Shown here: positions 34,780 through 45,129 of the stretch, piece after piece
How the letters are laid out: every line of letters starts with the position of its first letter
How positions within the stretch are numbered: position 1 is the stretch's first letter
Origin: Callorhinchus milii
Lineage: Eukaryota
Assembly: GCF_018977255.1 (NCBI RefSeq)
Contig: NW_024705434.1
Location: 1-45,129 of the forward strand
Reading direction: 5' to 3'
DNA length: 45,129 bases
Position numbers and translations under genes: made by a program
The notes under the pieces: model-generated
Database searches by the model: none
What the model was told of the DNA's origin: nothing
The model's input: only the letters and a program-made list of their open reading frames with translations

Positions 34780-35075
34780 GAGGAGTCCTGTAGCTTAGCA
34801 GTTAGAGCCCTCATCTCAAAAGCAAAAGCGAGACGACCTGAGTTCGATTCCCAGGCAGCGCAGTACGTTTGGCAAGCTTCCTCACTCCACAGGTAATAAT
34901 CACTTTTAAAAAAAAAAGTGCCCACAAAACACACAGTCACTACACTTTATAGAATGTACAATTAAGTGCTTTGAGAAGTCTCGAAGAAGTGATAAGCGCT
35001 TTGGGATGTCCTCCCGACGTGAAAAGCGCTATATCAAATGCAAGGATTATTATTATTAAGGTACTATATCAAATG
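34780..35075 (+). mobile_element. internally deleted SINE with a young tail inserted in its tail
   Basis: Old tail ...gaagtgataag, then cgctttgggatgtcctcccgacgtg...(tta)n, then aaggtactatatcaaatg. Confidence 0.82.
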
Positions 35076-35099
35076 ATAGAATACAATCATATGATATAT

Positions 35100-35470
35100 A
35101 ATATATAGTCACAGAAGGAGACCGTTTGGCCTATCGTGCCTGTGGAAACGTTGGAAGAGCTACCCAATCAGTCCCCACTCTTTCCCCATACTCCTGCAAA
35201 ATTTTCCTCTTCAAGTGCCTATCTAATTCCCTTAAACATTGAATATATTTCCACCATCCTCTCAGGCTGTGCATTCCAGACCTTAACAACTCTCTGTAAA
35301 AAAAAAAAAAAAAAAAAATCTCCTCGTCTCTGGTTTTTTGCCAATTATTTTCAAACTATGTGTCCTGGTTACTGACCCAAGTGCCAGACGAAACAGTTTC
35401 TCCTTGCCTGCTCTATCAAAACCCCTCATAATTTTGTGCACCTCTGTTAAACCTTAACCTTCTGCTCTAT
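35100..35470 (-). mobile_element. CR1 3' fragment
   Basis: Homologous to 158-625. Confidence 0.75.
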
Positions 35471-35479
35471 TTAGCTCAT

Positions 35480-35835
35480 GGAGTCCTGTAGTTCAGTCCT
35501 GTAGCTCAGCGATTAGCGAACTCGCTTCGCAAGCGAGAGACCTGGGTTTGATTCCCAGCAGGGCGAAATGTCGTGCAAGTTTCCTGACTCCACACACACG
35601 CCACGCCACAAGCAGTATGTAGGAACCTGGTTGCTGGCGGATCGCTTTTCCGTGGCTGATAATTCCTTCAAAAAAAATAATAGCAATAAATTGGTCACTG
35701 AATCCACAACTGTTTGTGGGACGGACGCTGCTGTGCGCCTTTGGCTGCCGCGTTTCCCCCACAAAATATAGTCAATTCACTTTCAGTGTATTCTATGAAG
35801 CGTTTTAAGACTTCTCCAAACGATAATTACGTGAT
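35480..35835 (+). mobile_element. tRNA-derived SINE ending just upstream of the exon 13 acceptor
   Basis: Duplicated head start agtcctgtag, core, truncated tail. Confidence 0.87.
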
Positions 35836-35860
35836 AATTTGGTGTTGTGGTTGTTCACAG

Positions 35861-36249
35861 ACCTGGGAAACCGTATCACAGACCTGAGCACATTTGTCGG
35901 ACGCCTTCAGTCTGAAATCAAACACCTGCGACAGAGCATGGCTTCCGGAGGCTCTGCCGGGAAATCTAACGAAGCTTCCAGCGTTTTGGGGAAATATATC
36001 CTGGGAGCGCGCAATCGCTTCCAAGATCCCGAACCTGAATCCGTGTCAAACTCAGACTCCGGATCCCGGAAAACTTCCTTCAAGATCACAGTCCATCAGG
36101 ATTGTGCGGAGGAGCAAATCGCAGCTGCCACCGGAGAGAGCGATGATGATTCTTCAGATCAGACTGACCAAGGATTGGGTACCGATCAATCATCACCCAG
36201 TTCCGACACCGCTTTCCCAACTGAGGAATGTTCTGAAGAGGAGAAATAA
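35861..36249 (+). CDS. trpc2: trpc2 exon 13 (coiled coil and acidic C-terminal tail, stop)
   Basis: Acceptor ttcacag. Encodes DLGNRITDLSTFVGRLQSEI...CSEEEK, then TAA at 36247-36249. Confidence 0.94.
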
Positions 36250-36567
36250 GGCCGAAAATCACGCTTTATGATGTCCAATAAATAAATTAGCTTATTTTAA
36301 AATCAATTAAAAAATAATCCCCTTAGAGTAAAGATAAATTAACAGTGGTATTTCAAAGCATAACTGCAAACTAATCTTCTGTAATATTCATTATTATCTT
36401 AGAATCAAGAAGACGATATAATCTTTAGACAAGCTGCAGAGTTGTGATTAAAGTATATTATTTTTTGAGGGCTAATATTTCTCCAGATATTAATTCTTCA
36501 CAATATGATTTATATTTACGTCGGGAGTACATTCCATTAATTCATGAGAGGAGACAGTGGCAATACA

Positions 36568-36573
36568 AATAAA
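36568..36573 (+). terminator. candidate polyadenylation signal of trpc2
   Basis: AATAAA followed by GT/T-rich ttttgttatgtttgtg. An alternative overlapping AATAAATAAA lies at 36277-36286. Confidence 0.45.
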
Positions 36574-38299
36574 GTGCTATTTTGTTATGTTTGTGCACAA
36601 ATCGAATAAAATGACAATATAATCCACATTTTTACATTTTATTCCACAAGCAATTGCCATTTTAATTCACTCGAGATTTTGACACAAACTCCACATATTT
36701 TTGCAGAAATCGCCTCAAATGTAACTTTACTCCACATTTATACTGAAATCATTTGAAATGTTATTCCAGTCGACATTTTTACAGATATTCCACGGAACGT
36801 ATTTGGGCGGTATGTTAGTGCAGAACTCGTATTACTTTACACCACATCTATTCTGAAACGGCCAATTTTTTTTTACGGGTCAAAATTTCTACCAGTTTAC
36901 GCTAAATTCGACACCGCAGTCTTTTAAACCATTTCAAAAGGTTGTGTGCTTGCGCTCGGGTTTTCTCGGGAAAGGTTCTGTCAGGATTTCCTGAGGACTG
37001 TTGTGACTGTTCGGATCTCTTTCCGAACAACAGTTGGGGAGACTCCTGAGAAAGCCAATAACGTGCAGATTGGCCTCAAACTCACGCTGTGACTGTGACT
37101 GTGACTATGGCTCTCACATTGAATCTCTTTCCTTGTCCTTTTATTTAGTTAACGCTTCCTGTCCTCTCGCTCCCCGTCTCTCTCTCGCTTTCCCACTATG
37201 TTTCTGTGCAAATTGATGTCAACGTTTCTGAATGTTTGTGAATCACATGAATTATCGTTTTACTCCATGATTGAGCGCTAAACCACTGGAGGTTTGATTT
37301 CACGTGACATTTTTATGCAAATTCCATAAAATGTGCGTGTCTGCGAAAATCGTACGAAATATCATTTTGCTAAACATTTGCACATTAAACCACTTGAGGT
37401 TTGATCTCAATCAACAGTCCGATAGAAATTCCGTGAAACGTTATTTTGGTGAATGTTTGTATAAAAATCAGAACAATTATACTCTACAATTCGACTTGAA
37501 ATCACTTTGCAATTTTTACTCAATAATTTTACAGAAATTCCATGAAACGTTATTTTGTATGAAATTCAGATCAATTTATCATTGATAAATTGTACATTTC
37601 TATTTCAAGCCACATTGTAATTTTATTTTACTCGACAATTGTATATTAAACCATTGGAGATTTGATAGCACTGACATTTTTTGCAGTAACATCCATTAAA
37701 CGTTATTTTCATGCACGTTTGTATGAGAATCGTATTACTTTTATGCTTGAAACCACTTTGCAATAATATTTTACTCGACATTTTTACAAATATTCTCTAA
37801 AAACTTATTTTTGTAAATGTTTGTGTGAATATCGTATGATATAACACTTTACTCAATATTTAGACAGATTTGACAACACTGGTTTTTTTCCCCCAGAAAC
37901 TCATTAAAAATCTATTTTCGTGCATGTTTGTGGGAAAATCGAATTGGTCATCATTTTCCTCAACATTTGTACTTTTAACAACTTTGCAAATTCATTTAAT
38001 TCAACATTTTTCCAGACATCCCATGAAAAGTTATTTTTCTGATTGTTTGAGGGAAAATTGAATTTACGGAATATTTTACCCCACATTTACACATTAAAGC
38101 ACTCGCCTTTTTTGCAGAAATTCCATGTAACGTTATTTTTGTGACGATTTGTGCGAAAATTGTCTCAAGTAGCATTTCAATCCGCAGTGGTACATTAAAC
38201 CACTCGCCTTTTGTGTTAAAATTCCACTGTGCAACGTTAATCGTGGTGTATGTTTGTGCAAAACTCGTATCAAATAACATTTTACTCCACATTTGGACA

Positions 38300-38382
38300 T
38301 TCCAGGCAGGGCAAAACCTTGGGCAAGTTTCCTTACTCCACACAGAGCCTAAGACGTGAAAAGCGCTATATCAAATTGAAGG

Positions 38383-38418
<36 letters not shown>

Positions 38419-38420
38419 TA
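38300..38420 (+). mobile_element. internally deleted young SINE
   Basis: ccttgggcaagtttccttactccacacagagcct joined directly to gacgtgaaaagcgct...(tta)n. Confidence 0.85.
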
Positions 38421-38544
38421 AACCATTAGAGATTTTATAGCATTCGCCTTTTTTGCAGAAATTCCATTGAACGTTATTTTGGTGCGTGTTTGGGCGAACA
38501 TCGTAACCAATATCATTTTATCATTGATATAACACTACTCAATA

Positions 38545-38805
38545 TTTCTCTATCTCTCTCTATCTGTCTCTCTCACTCTCTGTCTCTCTATATCTCACTC
38601 TCTATATCTCACTCTCTGTCTCTGTGTGTGTCTCTCTGTCTCTCTCTCTCTGTCTCTCTCTATGTCTCTGTTCCTCACTCTCTGTCTCTCTCTATGTCTC
38701 TATATCTCACTCTCTGTCTGTCTCTCTCTCTCTCTCTCTGTGTCTTTCTCTATGTCTCTGTATTTTACTCTCTCTGTCTCTCTCTCTCTCTCTCTGTCTC
38801 TCTCT
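38545..38805. repeat. (CT)n degenerate microsatellite
   Basis: Read directly. Confidence 0.93.
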
Positions 38806-38818
38806 ATGTGGACTTTAT

Positions 38819-39138
38819 GGAGTCCTGTAGCTCAGTGGTTAGAGCACTCGCTTTGCAGGCGAGAGACCTGGGTTCAATCCCCGGCAGGTCAGGGCGAGGC
38901 CTTGGGCAAGTTTCCTTACTCCCCACAGAGCCTAATAATAATCCCTCCAAAACAAAACAATGATAAATTGGTCATTTTTGGTCTACGACTGTTTGTGGGA
39001 CATTGCTGTGCGCAGTTGGCTGCCGCGTTCGCCCACAAATATACAGTCAATTCACTTTGCAGAGTGAAGCGCTTTGGGACTTCCTCCCGACGTGGAAAGC
39101 GCTATATCAAATGCAAGGATTATTATTATTATTATTAT
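38819..39138 (+). mobile_element. full-length young tRNA(Ala)-derived SINE
   Basis: ggagtcctgtagctcagtggttagagcactcgctTTGCAggcgagagacctgggttcaatccc, followed by core and tail. Confidence 0.94.
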
Positions 39139-41983
39139 TTTACTCCCACGTTTCTACATTAATCCATTTGAGATGGTACTTCTCAATCCGCAACCACCGC
39201 CTCTCCTCTCATCTAAACCTCCACCACCGCCTCTCCTCTCATCTCAACCTCCACCACCGCCTTCTCCTCAATTGGTTCCGATGGTACCTCTCACACCGCC
39301 TCTACTTCTGCTCCTCAAAAGACTTCTCCTCTCGCCCCCGGACCGTCTCGTGTGGCGTTCCTCAGGGATTAAAGTGATAACTGTCCTGAATTGCACACAA
39401 ACATGCACGTAAATAATGTTTCGTGGAAGTTCTGCAGGAAAGTCAATGATATTCGATCTGATTTTCACATCAATAAATTTTCATGGCATTTCTATAAAAA
39501 TGTAGATATCAAATCTCAATTGCATTAATGTGGAGTTAACATTTGATACGATTTTCGCACAAATACGTATGAAAATAATTTCATTGCATTTCTGCAAAAA
39601 ATCGAGTGATTTTATGTATAAAACGATATTTCATTCGATTCTCAAACAAACGTCGTTTAATGAAATTTCTGCACAGAAAGGTGAGTGCTTTCTCATCTCA
39701 AGTGGTTAATACGGAATATAACGATATTTTCGTTTTTGTTTTCGTTTTCGTTTTTTCAATGCTTTTTTAAAAAAATGAGTAAAATATAATTGCAAAGTGG
39801 TTTCAAGTAGAAAGGATAGTAGAAAAGTAACATGATTCTCACACAAACATGCACGAAAATAACTTTTAATGCATTTTCCACACAAAAAAGGGCAGTGGTT
39901 TACAAAAAGAAGATTACATTTGTGTGGTTTAATATACAAATGTCGAGTAACATAAAATTGCAATGTGGTTTCAAGTAGAAATGTGGAATACAATGATAAA
40001 TTGATCTGAATTTCGCACAAACATACACCAAAATGACGTTTCATGGAATTTCTGTAAAAATATCGAGCAAAAAAAATTGCAAAGTGCTTTCAAGTCGAAT
40101 TGTGGAGAACAATGATAATTGTTCTGATTTTCACAGAAATATTCACCAAAATAACATTTCGTGGAATTTCTATCGGACTGTCGAAATAAAACCTCAAGTG
40201 GTTTAATGTATAAATGTGTAGTAAAATAATATTTCTTACGACTTTCGCACAAACACGGAGCAAAATAACATTTTATGGAATTTGTACAAAAATGTCGACT
40301 GAAATCAAAGTGGTTTAATGTTCAAATGTGGAGTAAAACGATAATGTATACTATTCCCAAACAAATACGTATGAAAATAACGTTTAATGTAAATTCTGCA
40401 ATGCTGTCAAATCGCTAGTGGTTTAATGTACAAATATAGAATAAAATATTATTTCTTTTGATATTCACACAAACAATTACAAAAATAACAATTCATGCAA
40501 TTTCTGTAAAAATGTCGAGTAAAATAGAATTGCAAATTGCTCTCAAGTAGAAATGATAATGGAGAACAATGATAATTGATCTGATTCTCAGAGAAACATA
40601 CACCAAGATAACGTTTCATGGAATTTCTGTAAAAATATCGAAGTAATTCCACATGGATTTCGTCTTAAATTCCACCCTTCCAACTTTCAACCCACCCCCA
40701 GGATCACAGACACCTCCGCCAAACTCAACGCTCTTCTGATCACCGCTCTCGTCGCTTCATGAGATCCACTCTCACCGGGCGGGGACGCCACACGTTATCG
40801 CAGAACTGCCCTCGTCCTCAGTTCTAGTTTCATCCATCGCCTCATGTGGTGCTTCAACAAAGAACTGCTCCTTTTTCTCGTAGATGGCAAAGGATCGCAA
40901 ACTCCAGCGATTGTTGGGTACCACTCCACCTCCTGAAACCTCCCACCCTTTGCCTTCTCCTGAGACCACCCCTCCCCCCAATCCCACTCCCTGCTGTATC
41001 CTCACCATTCCCTCTGACCTCCCACCTTCTGATCCCGAACGATCTGTCCTAAGTAAAGGCCTCAGCTTTATCCCCTTACACCCCCATCTCAATTAATTTC
41101 GATCCCTTCATGATGTTGAACTCTTCTTCCGTTGCCTCTGCCTCCATACTCACCTCGTTGGCCAGGATGCCTCCCACCTGTACATTGGACCCCTTCTCCT
41201 ATCACCTGATGTCCCACTCCACTTGGACCCACTGCCAGGCTCCCTACCCTCCCTCGACCTGCTCATTGAAAACTGCCGGCGTGACATCGGCCATGTCCAG
41301 TTCTACACTCCCCTCTCCCACTCAAACCAGTACTCCACTCCCTCAGGACCAACCCTGATGTCATTATGAAACCCGCTGACAAGGGAGGTGCTGTCCTTGT
41401 TTGGCAACGGGACCTCTACTTGGCAGAGGCCGAACGCCAACTCTCTGACAACTCCTCCTACCTTCCCCTGGACCATGACCCCAGAGCTGAACATCAAGCC
41501 ACCATCACCGAGGTAATCAATAACATCACCTCCTCTGGTGACCTTCCTCCTACAGCCTCCAACCTCATAGCCACCCAGCCCTGTGCAGCCCTCCTGTACC
41601 TCCTCCCCAAGATCCACAAACAGGACTAACCTGGTACACCCATTGCCTCAGCCTGTTCCTGTCACACCGAATTAATCTTGTCTTATCTGTACTCCATTTT
41701 TACTCCCCTCATCCAATCCCTACCCACCTATATCCATGACTCCTCGGACGCCTTCCGCCACTTTGACAATTTCCGGTTCCCCGGTCCTGAACCTCTCCTC
41801 TTCACAATGGATGTTCAATCCCTCTACACCTCCAACCCCAACAAGGACGGCCTTCACCTCGATCAACGGCAAAATCAGTTTCCATCCACCACCACGCTCC
41901 TCAGTCCGCCCACCCGCTTGGTTGGACTTATTCTGACATTGAACAACTTCACATTCAATTCCAACCACTTCCTTTAAATAAAA

Positions 41984-42567
41984 CAACAACAACAAGATTC
42001 CTTTTATTGAGCGCCTTTCACGTCGGGAGGACGTCCCAAGGCGCTGTACAGTTGGGTCAGGACCCGAGCAGTGGGGAGATGGTCAGGGTGAGGGGAGGGA
42101 AGGGAGGGAGCGAGGAGGGGGGAAATGGTCAGGGTGAGAGGAGGGAAGGGAGGGAGCGAGGAGGGGGTAGAGAGGCGAGAGCGGAGCTGAAGGCTGAAGG
42201 TCAAAGAGAAAGGCCTTGAGACCGGCCTTGAAGGAGAAAAGAGAGGAGGCGGCGAAGGCACTGGGGGATAGAGCTCCTGAGCCTCGGGGCTGAGAGGCTG
42301 AAGGCCACCGATGGTCGGGCGGTTGGGATGGGGGATGTGGAGCAGACCGGAGCCAGAGGAACGGAGGGTACGGGCAGGTAAGTAGGGGGATAGTAGGTCA
42401 GAGAGGTAGGAGGGAGCGAGGCCGTGGATGGCCTTGTAGGTGAGGGTGAGGATCTTGAATTCGATCCTCTGGGGGATGGGGAGCCAGTGGAGGGGAGCGA
42501 GGGCGAGGGTGGGAGTGATGTGGTCCCGAAGCCTGGTGCGGGACAGTACACGAGCTGCAGAGTTCTG
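41984..42567 (-). mobile_element. young L2 3' fragment inserted in the Penelope RT
   Basis: Minus strand encodes QNSAARVLSRTRLRDHITP..LHWLPIPQRIEFKILTLTYKAIHG. It splits HFL*IK from KGVAMG. Confidence 0.92.
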
Positions 42568-42881
42568 AAAGGTGTCGCTATGGGAACCCGCATGGGTCCC
42601 GGCTATGCCTACCTGTTTGTTTTGCACCTGGAACACTCCTTGTTCCGGTCCTACTCAGGTCCGCTCCCTGACCTGTTCTGCAACATTAACACCTCTTCTC
42701 CCAGTTTTGTTTCAACACCCCCACCCCTTTTGTTAAAAAATACCCTTTTGTTTTACGCCACTATCACCGCTTTAACCGGTCAACTAATACATTCTCTCCT
42801 TTGTCTTCTCTCTCTTGTTTTGTCTTCTTTGCCGTCCTTGTCCTGCCGCCCCCTCTCAACCTCTCCCTCCCAACACGTCCC

Positions 42882-42919
42882 CGCTCTGACGAAGGGTTGT
42901 GGACCCGAAACGTTGACTC
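42882..42919 (+). ncRNA. putative minimal type I hammerhead ribozyme motif
   Basis: CTGACGA-A-GGGTT gtg GACCC-GAAAC-GTT in the Penelope terminal region. Stem I pairing is imperfect in this copy. Confidence 0.55.
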
Positions 42920-43199
42920 ACTTTCCTTTCCCCAGAGATGCCGCCTGGCCTGCTGAGTGTTCCCGGCTCTTTCTCTCTCTCTCTTTGTGTTTCAGATTCC
43001 AGCCTCTGCAGTATTTTGTGTTTTGTGCCCCAAAATATTGTTTCATGTAATTTCTGTAGAACTGTCAATTGAAAACAAATCTCAACTGGTTTAATGTACA
43101 ACTGTAAAATGATTTTTTCGCACAAATATTTCACCAAAATAACATTTTAATGGAATTTCTACAAAGATATCGAGTGAAACCAAATTACCATATTTTGTA

Positions 43200-45110
43200 A
43201 ATGACCAAGTGGCTCACAGGCCCAAGTGGCAGATTGGGGCAAGTGGCTAAAAGGGCCAAGATGCTTAAAGGGCCAAGTGGCTCATCAGGACAAGTGGTTC
43301 ATAGGACCAAGGGACTCATAAGGCTAAGTGGCTTGCAGGGCCAAGTGCATATAGGGCCAAGTAGTTCATACGGCTATGTGGCTTATAGAGCCTAGTGGCT
43401 CATAGGGTTAAGTGGCTTACAGGGCCAAGTGTTTACAGGGACAAGTAGTTTATGAGCCACCTGGCCCTCTGCATACAGGGCCAAGAAGTTTATAGGGCCA
43501 AGTGGCTTATAGGGCCAAGTGGCTCATAGGGCAAAGTGGCTCATAGGGCCATATGGCTCATTGGACCAAGTAGTTCATAGGGCCAAGTGGCTCATAAGGT
43601 CAAGTGGCTCATAGGGCCAAGTGGCTCACAGAGCCAAGTGGCTTAAAGGGCTAAGTGGTTTATAGGTCCAAATTTATAGGACCAAGTGGCTTAGAGGACC
43701 AAGTGGCTCATAGGACCAAGTGCCTTGTAGGGCCAAGTGGCAGATTGGGCCAAGTGGCTAAAAGGGCCAAGATGCTTAAAGGGCTAAGTGACTCATAGGG
43801 CCAATTGGCTTCTAGGGCCAAGTCACACATAGACCCAAGTGGCTCATCGGCTAAATGGCCAAATGGCTAAAAGAGTCAAAAGGCTTATAGGGCCAAGTGG
43901 TATAGAGGACCAAGTGTCTGATAGAGCTAAGTGGCTAAGAGACCCAAGTAGCTCATAGGGCTCAGTGGCTTACAGGGCCAAGTGCTTATAGGGCCAAGTA
44001 GTTTATAGCACCAAGTGCTTGCAGGGCCAAGAAGTTTAGAGGGCCAAGTGGCTTATAGGGCCTCGTGTCTGGTAGGGCTAAGTGGCTAAGAGGCCCAAGT
44101 GGCCTCGTGGCTCATAGGGCTAAGTGGTTCGTAGGACCAGGTGGCTCATAGGCCCAAGTGGATCATAGGGCAGTATGGTGCAAAGGACCAAGTGATTCAT
44201 AGGGCCAAGTGGCTAATAGGGCCAAGTGGCTTACAGGGCCAATTGGCTTATAGGGCGAAGTGGCTCATAGGGCTCAGCAGCTCATAAGCAAGTGGATCAT
44301 CAGGTCAAGTGGTTCATTAGTCCAAGAGACTCATAGGCAAAGTGGCTCATAGGGCCAATTGGCTTCTAGGGCCAAGTAACACATAGGGCCAAGTGGCTCA
44401 TTGGGCCAAATGACTAAAAGAGACAAAAGGCTTATAAGGCCAAGTGGCATATAGGGCCAAGTAGTTTGTAGGCCCAAGTGTCTGATTGGGCTAAATTGCT
44501 GATAGGGCCAGGTTGCTAAGAGCCCCAAGTAGCTCATAGGGCCAAGTGGCTCATAAGGTTCAGTGGCTTACAGGGCCAAGTGCTTCTAGGGCCAAGTAGT
44601 TTTTGGTGCCAAGTGCTTACAGGGCCAAGAAGTTGATAGGGCCAAGTGGCTTATAGGGCCTATTGGCTCATCGGGCCAAGTAGCTCATACGTCCAAGTGG
44701 CTCATAGGGCCAGGTGGCTCATAGGCCCAAGTGGCTCACATAGCCAAGTGGTTGTTAGAGCCAAGTGGCTTATAGGGCTAAAGGGTTCAAAGGACCAATT
44801 GGCTTCTAGGGCCAATGTAACTCATAGGGCCAAGTGGCTAAAAGAGCCAAAAGGCTTATAGGGCCAAGTGACTTATAAGGTCAAGTGTCTGATAGTGCCA
44901 AGTGGTTAAGAGGCTCAAGTAGCTCATAGGGCCAAGTGTCTCATAGGGTTCAGTGGCTTACAGGGCCAAGTGCTTATAGGGCCAAGTAGTTTATAGCACC
45001 AAGTGCTTGCAGGGCCAAGAAGTTCATAGGGCCAAGTGGCTTATAGGGCCTAGTGACTCACATGGCCTCGTGGCTCATAGGGCCAAGTAGTTCATAGGAC
45101 CAAGTGCTTC
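43200..45110. repeat. 17-bp satellite (agggccaagtggctcat) with higher-order structure
   Basis: About 1.9 kb of diverged tandem units. Variant blocks recur. Confidence 0.93.
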
Positions 45111-45129
45111 AACAACAACAACTTGGATT

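Larger units (their letters stand above)
2998..36249 (+). other. trpc2: trpc2 gene, coding span (13 coding exons, 875 aa): transient receptor potential cation channel C2
   Basis: Exons join in frame through GT-AG introns. The product has ankyrin repeats, the HKISCSCPEC zinc site, S1-S6, the LFWSMFG pore and the EWKFAR TRP box. It also has TRPC2-specific stretches such as EDRSWREALNLAIR, QAFEEGIP, EGLRSYLLDWWNFLD and DLGNR. Confidence 0.96.
36600..40647. repeat. AT-rich degenerate tandem subrepeats arranged as a large inverted repeat (resumes at about 43027-43195)
   Basis: 37250-37800 is collinear with the reverse complement of 39770-40345. Recurring motif gaaattccatgaaacgttattttggtg. Confidence 0.75.
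40648..43026 (+). mobile_element. degenerate Penelope-like retroelement (RT fragments and terminal repeat), interrupted by L2
   Basis: Encodes VLSKGLSFIP, KPADKGGAV, YLLPKIHK, FTMDVQSLYT, LTLNNFTFN..HFL and KGVAMGTRMGPGYA, with stops and frameshifts. No GIY-YIG domain seen. Confidence 0.88.

Noticed and set aside
38819..38890. tRNA-Ala-like genes (also at 4541, 6763, 14942, 22256 and others)
   Set aside because: These are SINE heads. Each continues into the SINE core and (TTA)n tail, and the acceptor stem is not properly formed.
964..42567. All four young L2 copies are antisense to trpc2, suggesting selection
   Set aside because: Only four copies, and two lie outside the gene, so the bias is not distinguishable from chance.
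43200..45110. CRISPR-like regularly spaced repeats
   Set aside because: The units are contiguous diverged monomers with no unique spacers, in a eukaryotic context with no cas genes.

Overview
Eukaryotic, repeat-rich vertebrate DNA, most likely from a cartilaginous fish (possibly a chimaera; inferred from the repeat landscape). It contains one protein-coding gene on the + strand, a complete and apparently intact trpc2 (vomeronasal-type TRPC2 channel). I reconstructed it by hand as 13 coding exons from ATG 2998 to TAA 36249, with all introns GT-AG and all phases consistent: 2628 nt, 875 aa. The introns and flanks are filled with tRNA(Ala)-derived SINEs, L2 and CR1 LINE fragments (including one near-full-length CR1), and several mini/microsatellites. 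Downstream of the gene lie an AT-rich inverted-repeat (foldback-like) region, a degenerate Penelope-like element with a hammerhead-ribozyme-like motif, and a 17-bp satellite. Nearly all other ORFs in the track are repeat artefacts. Repeat boundaries are approximate. Protein comparisons are to mammalian TRPC2 as I recall it, not to a computed alignment.
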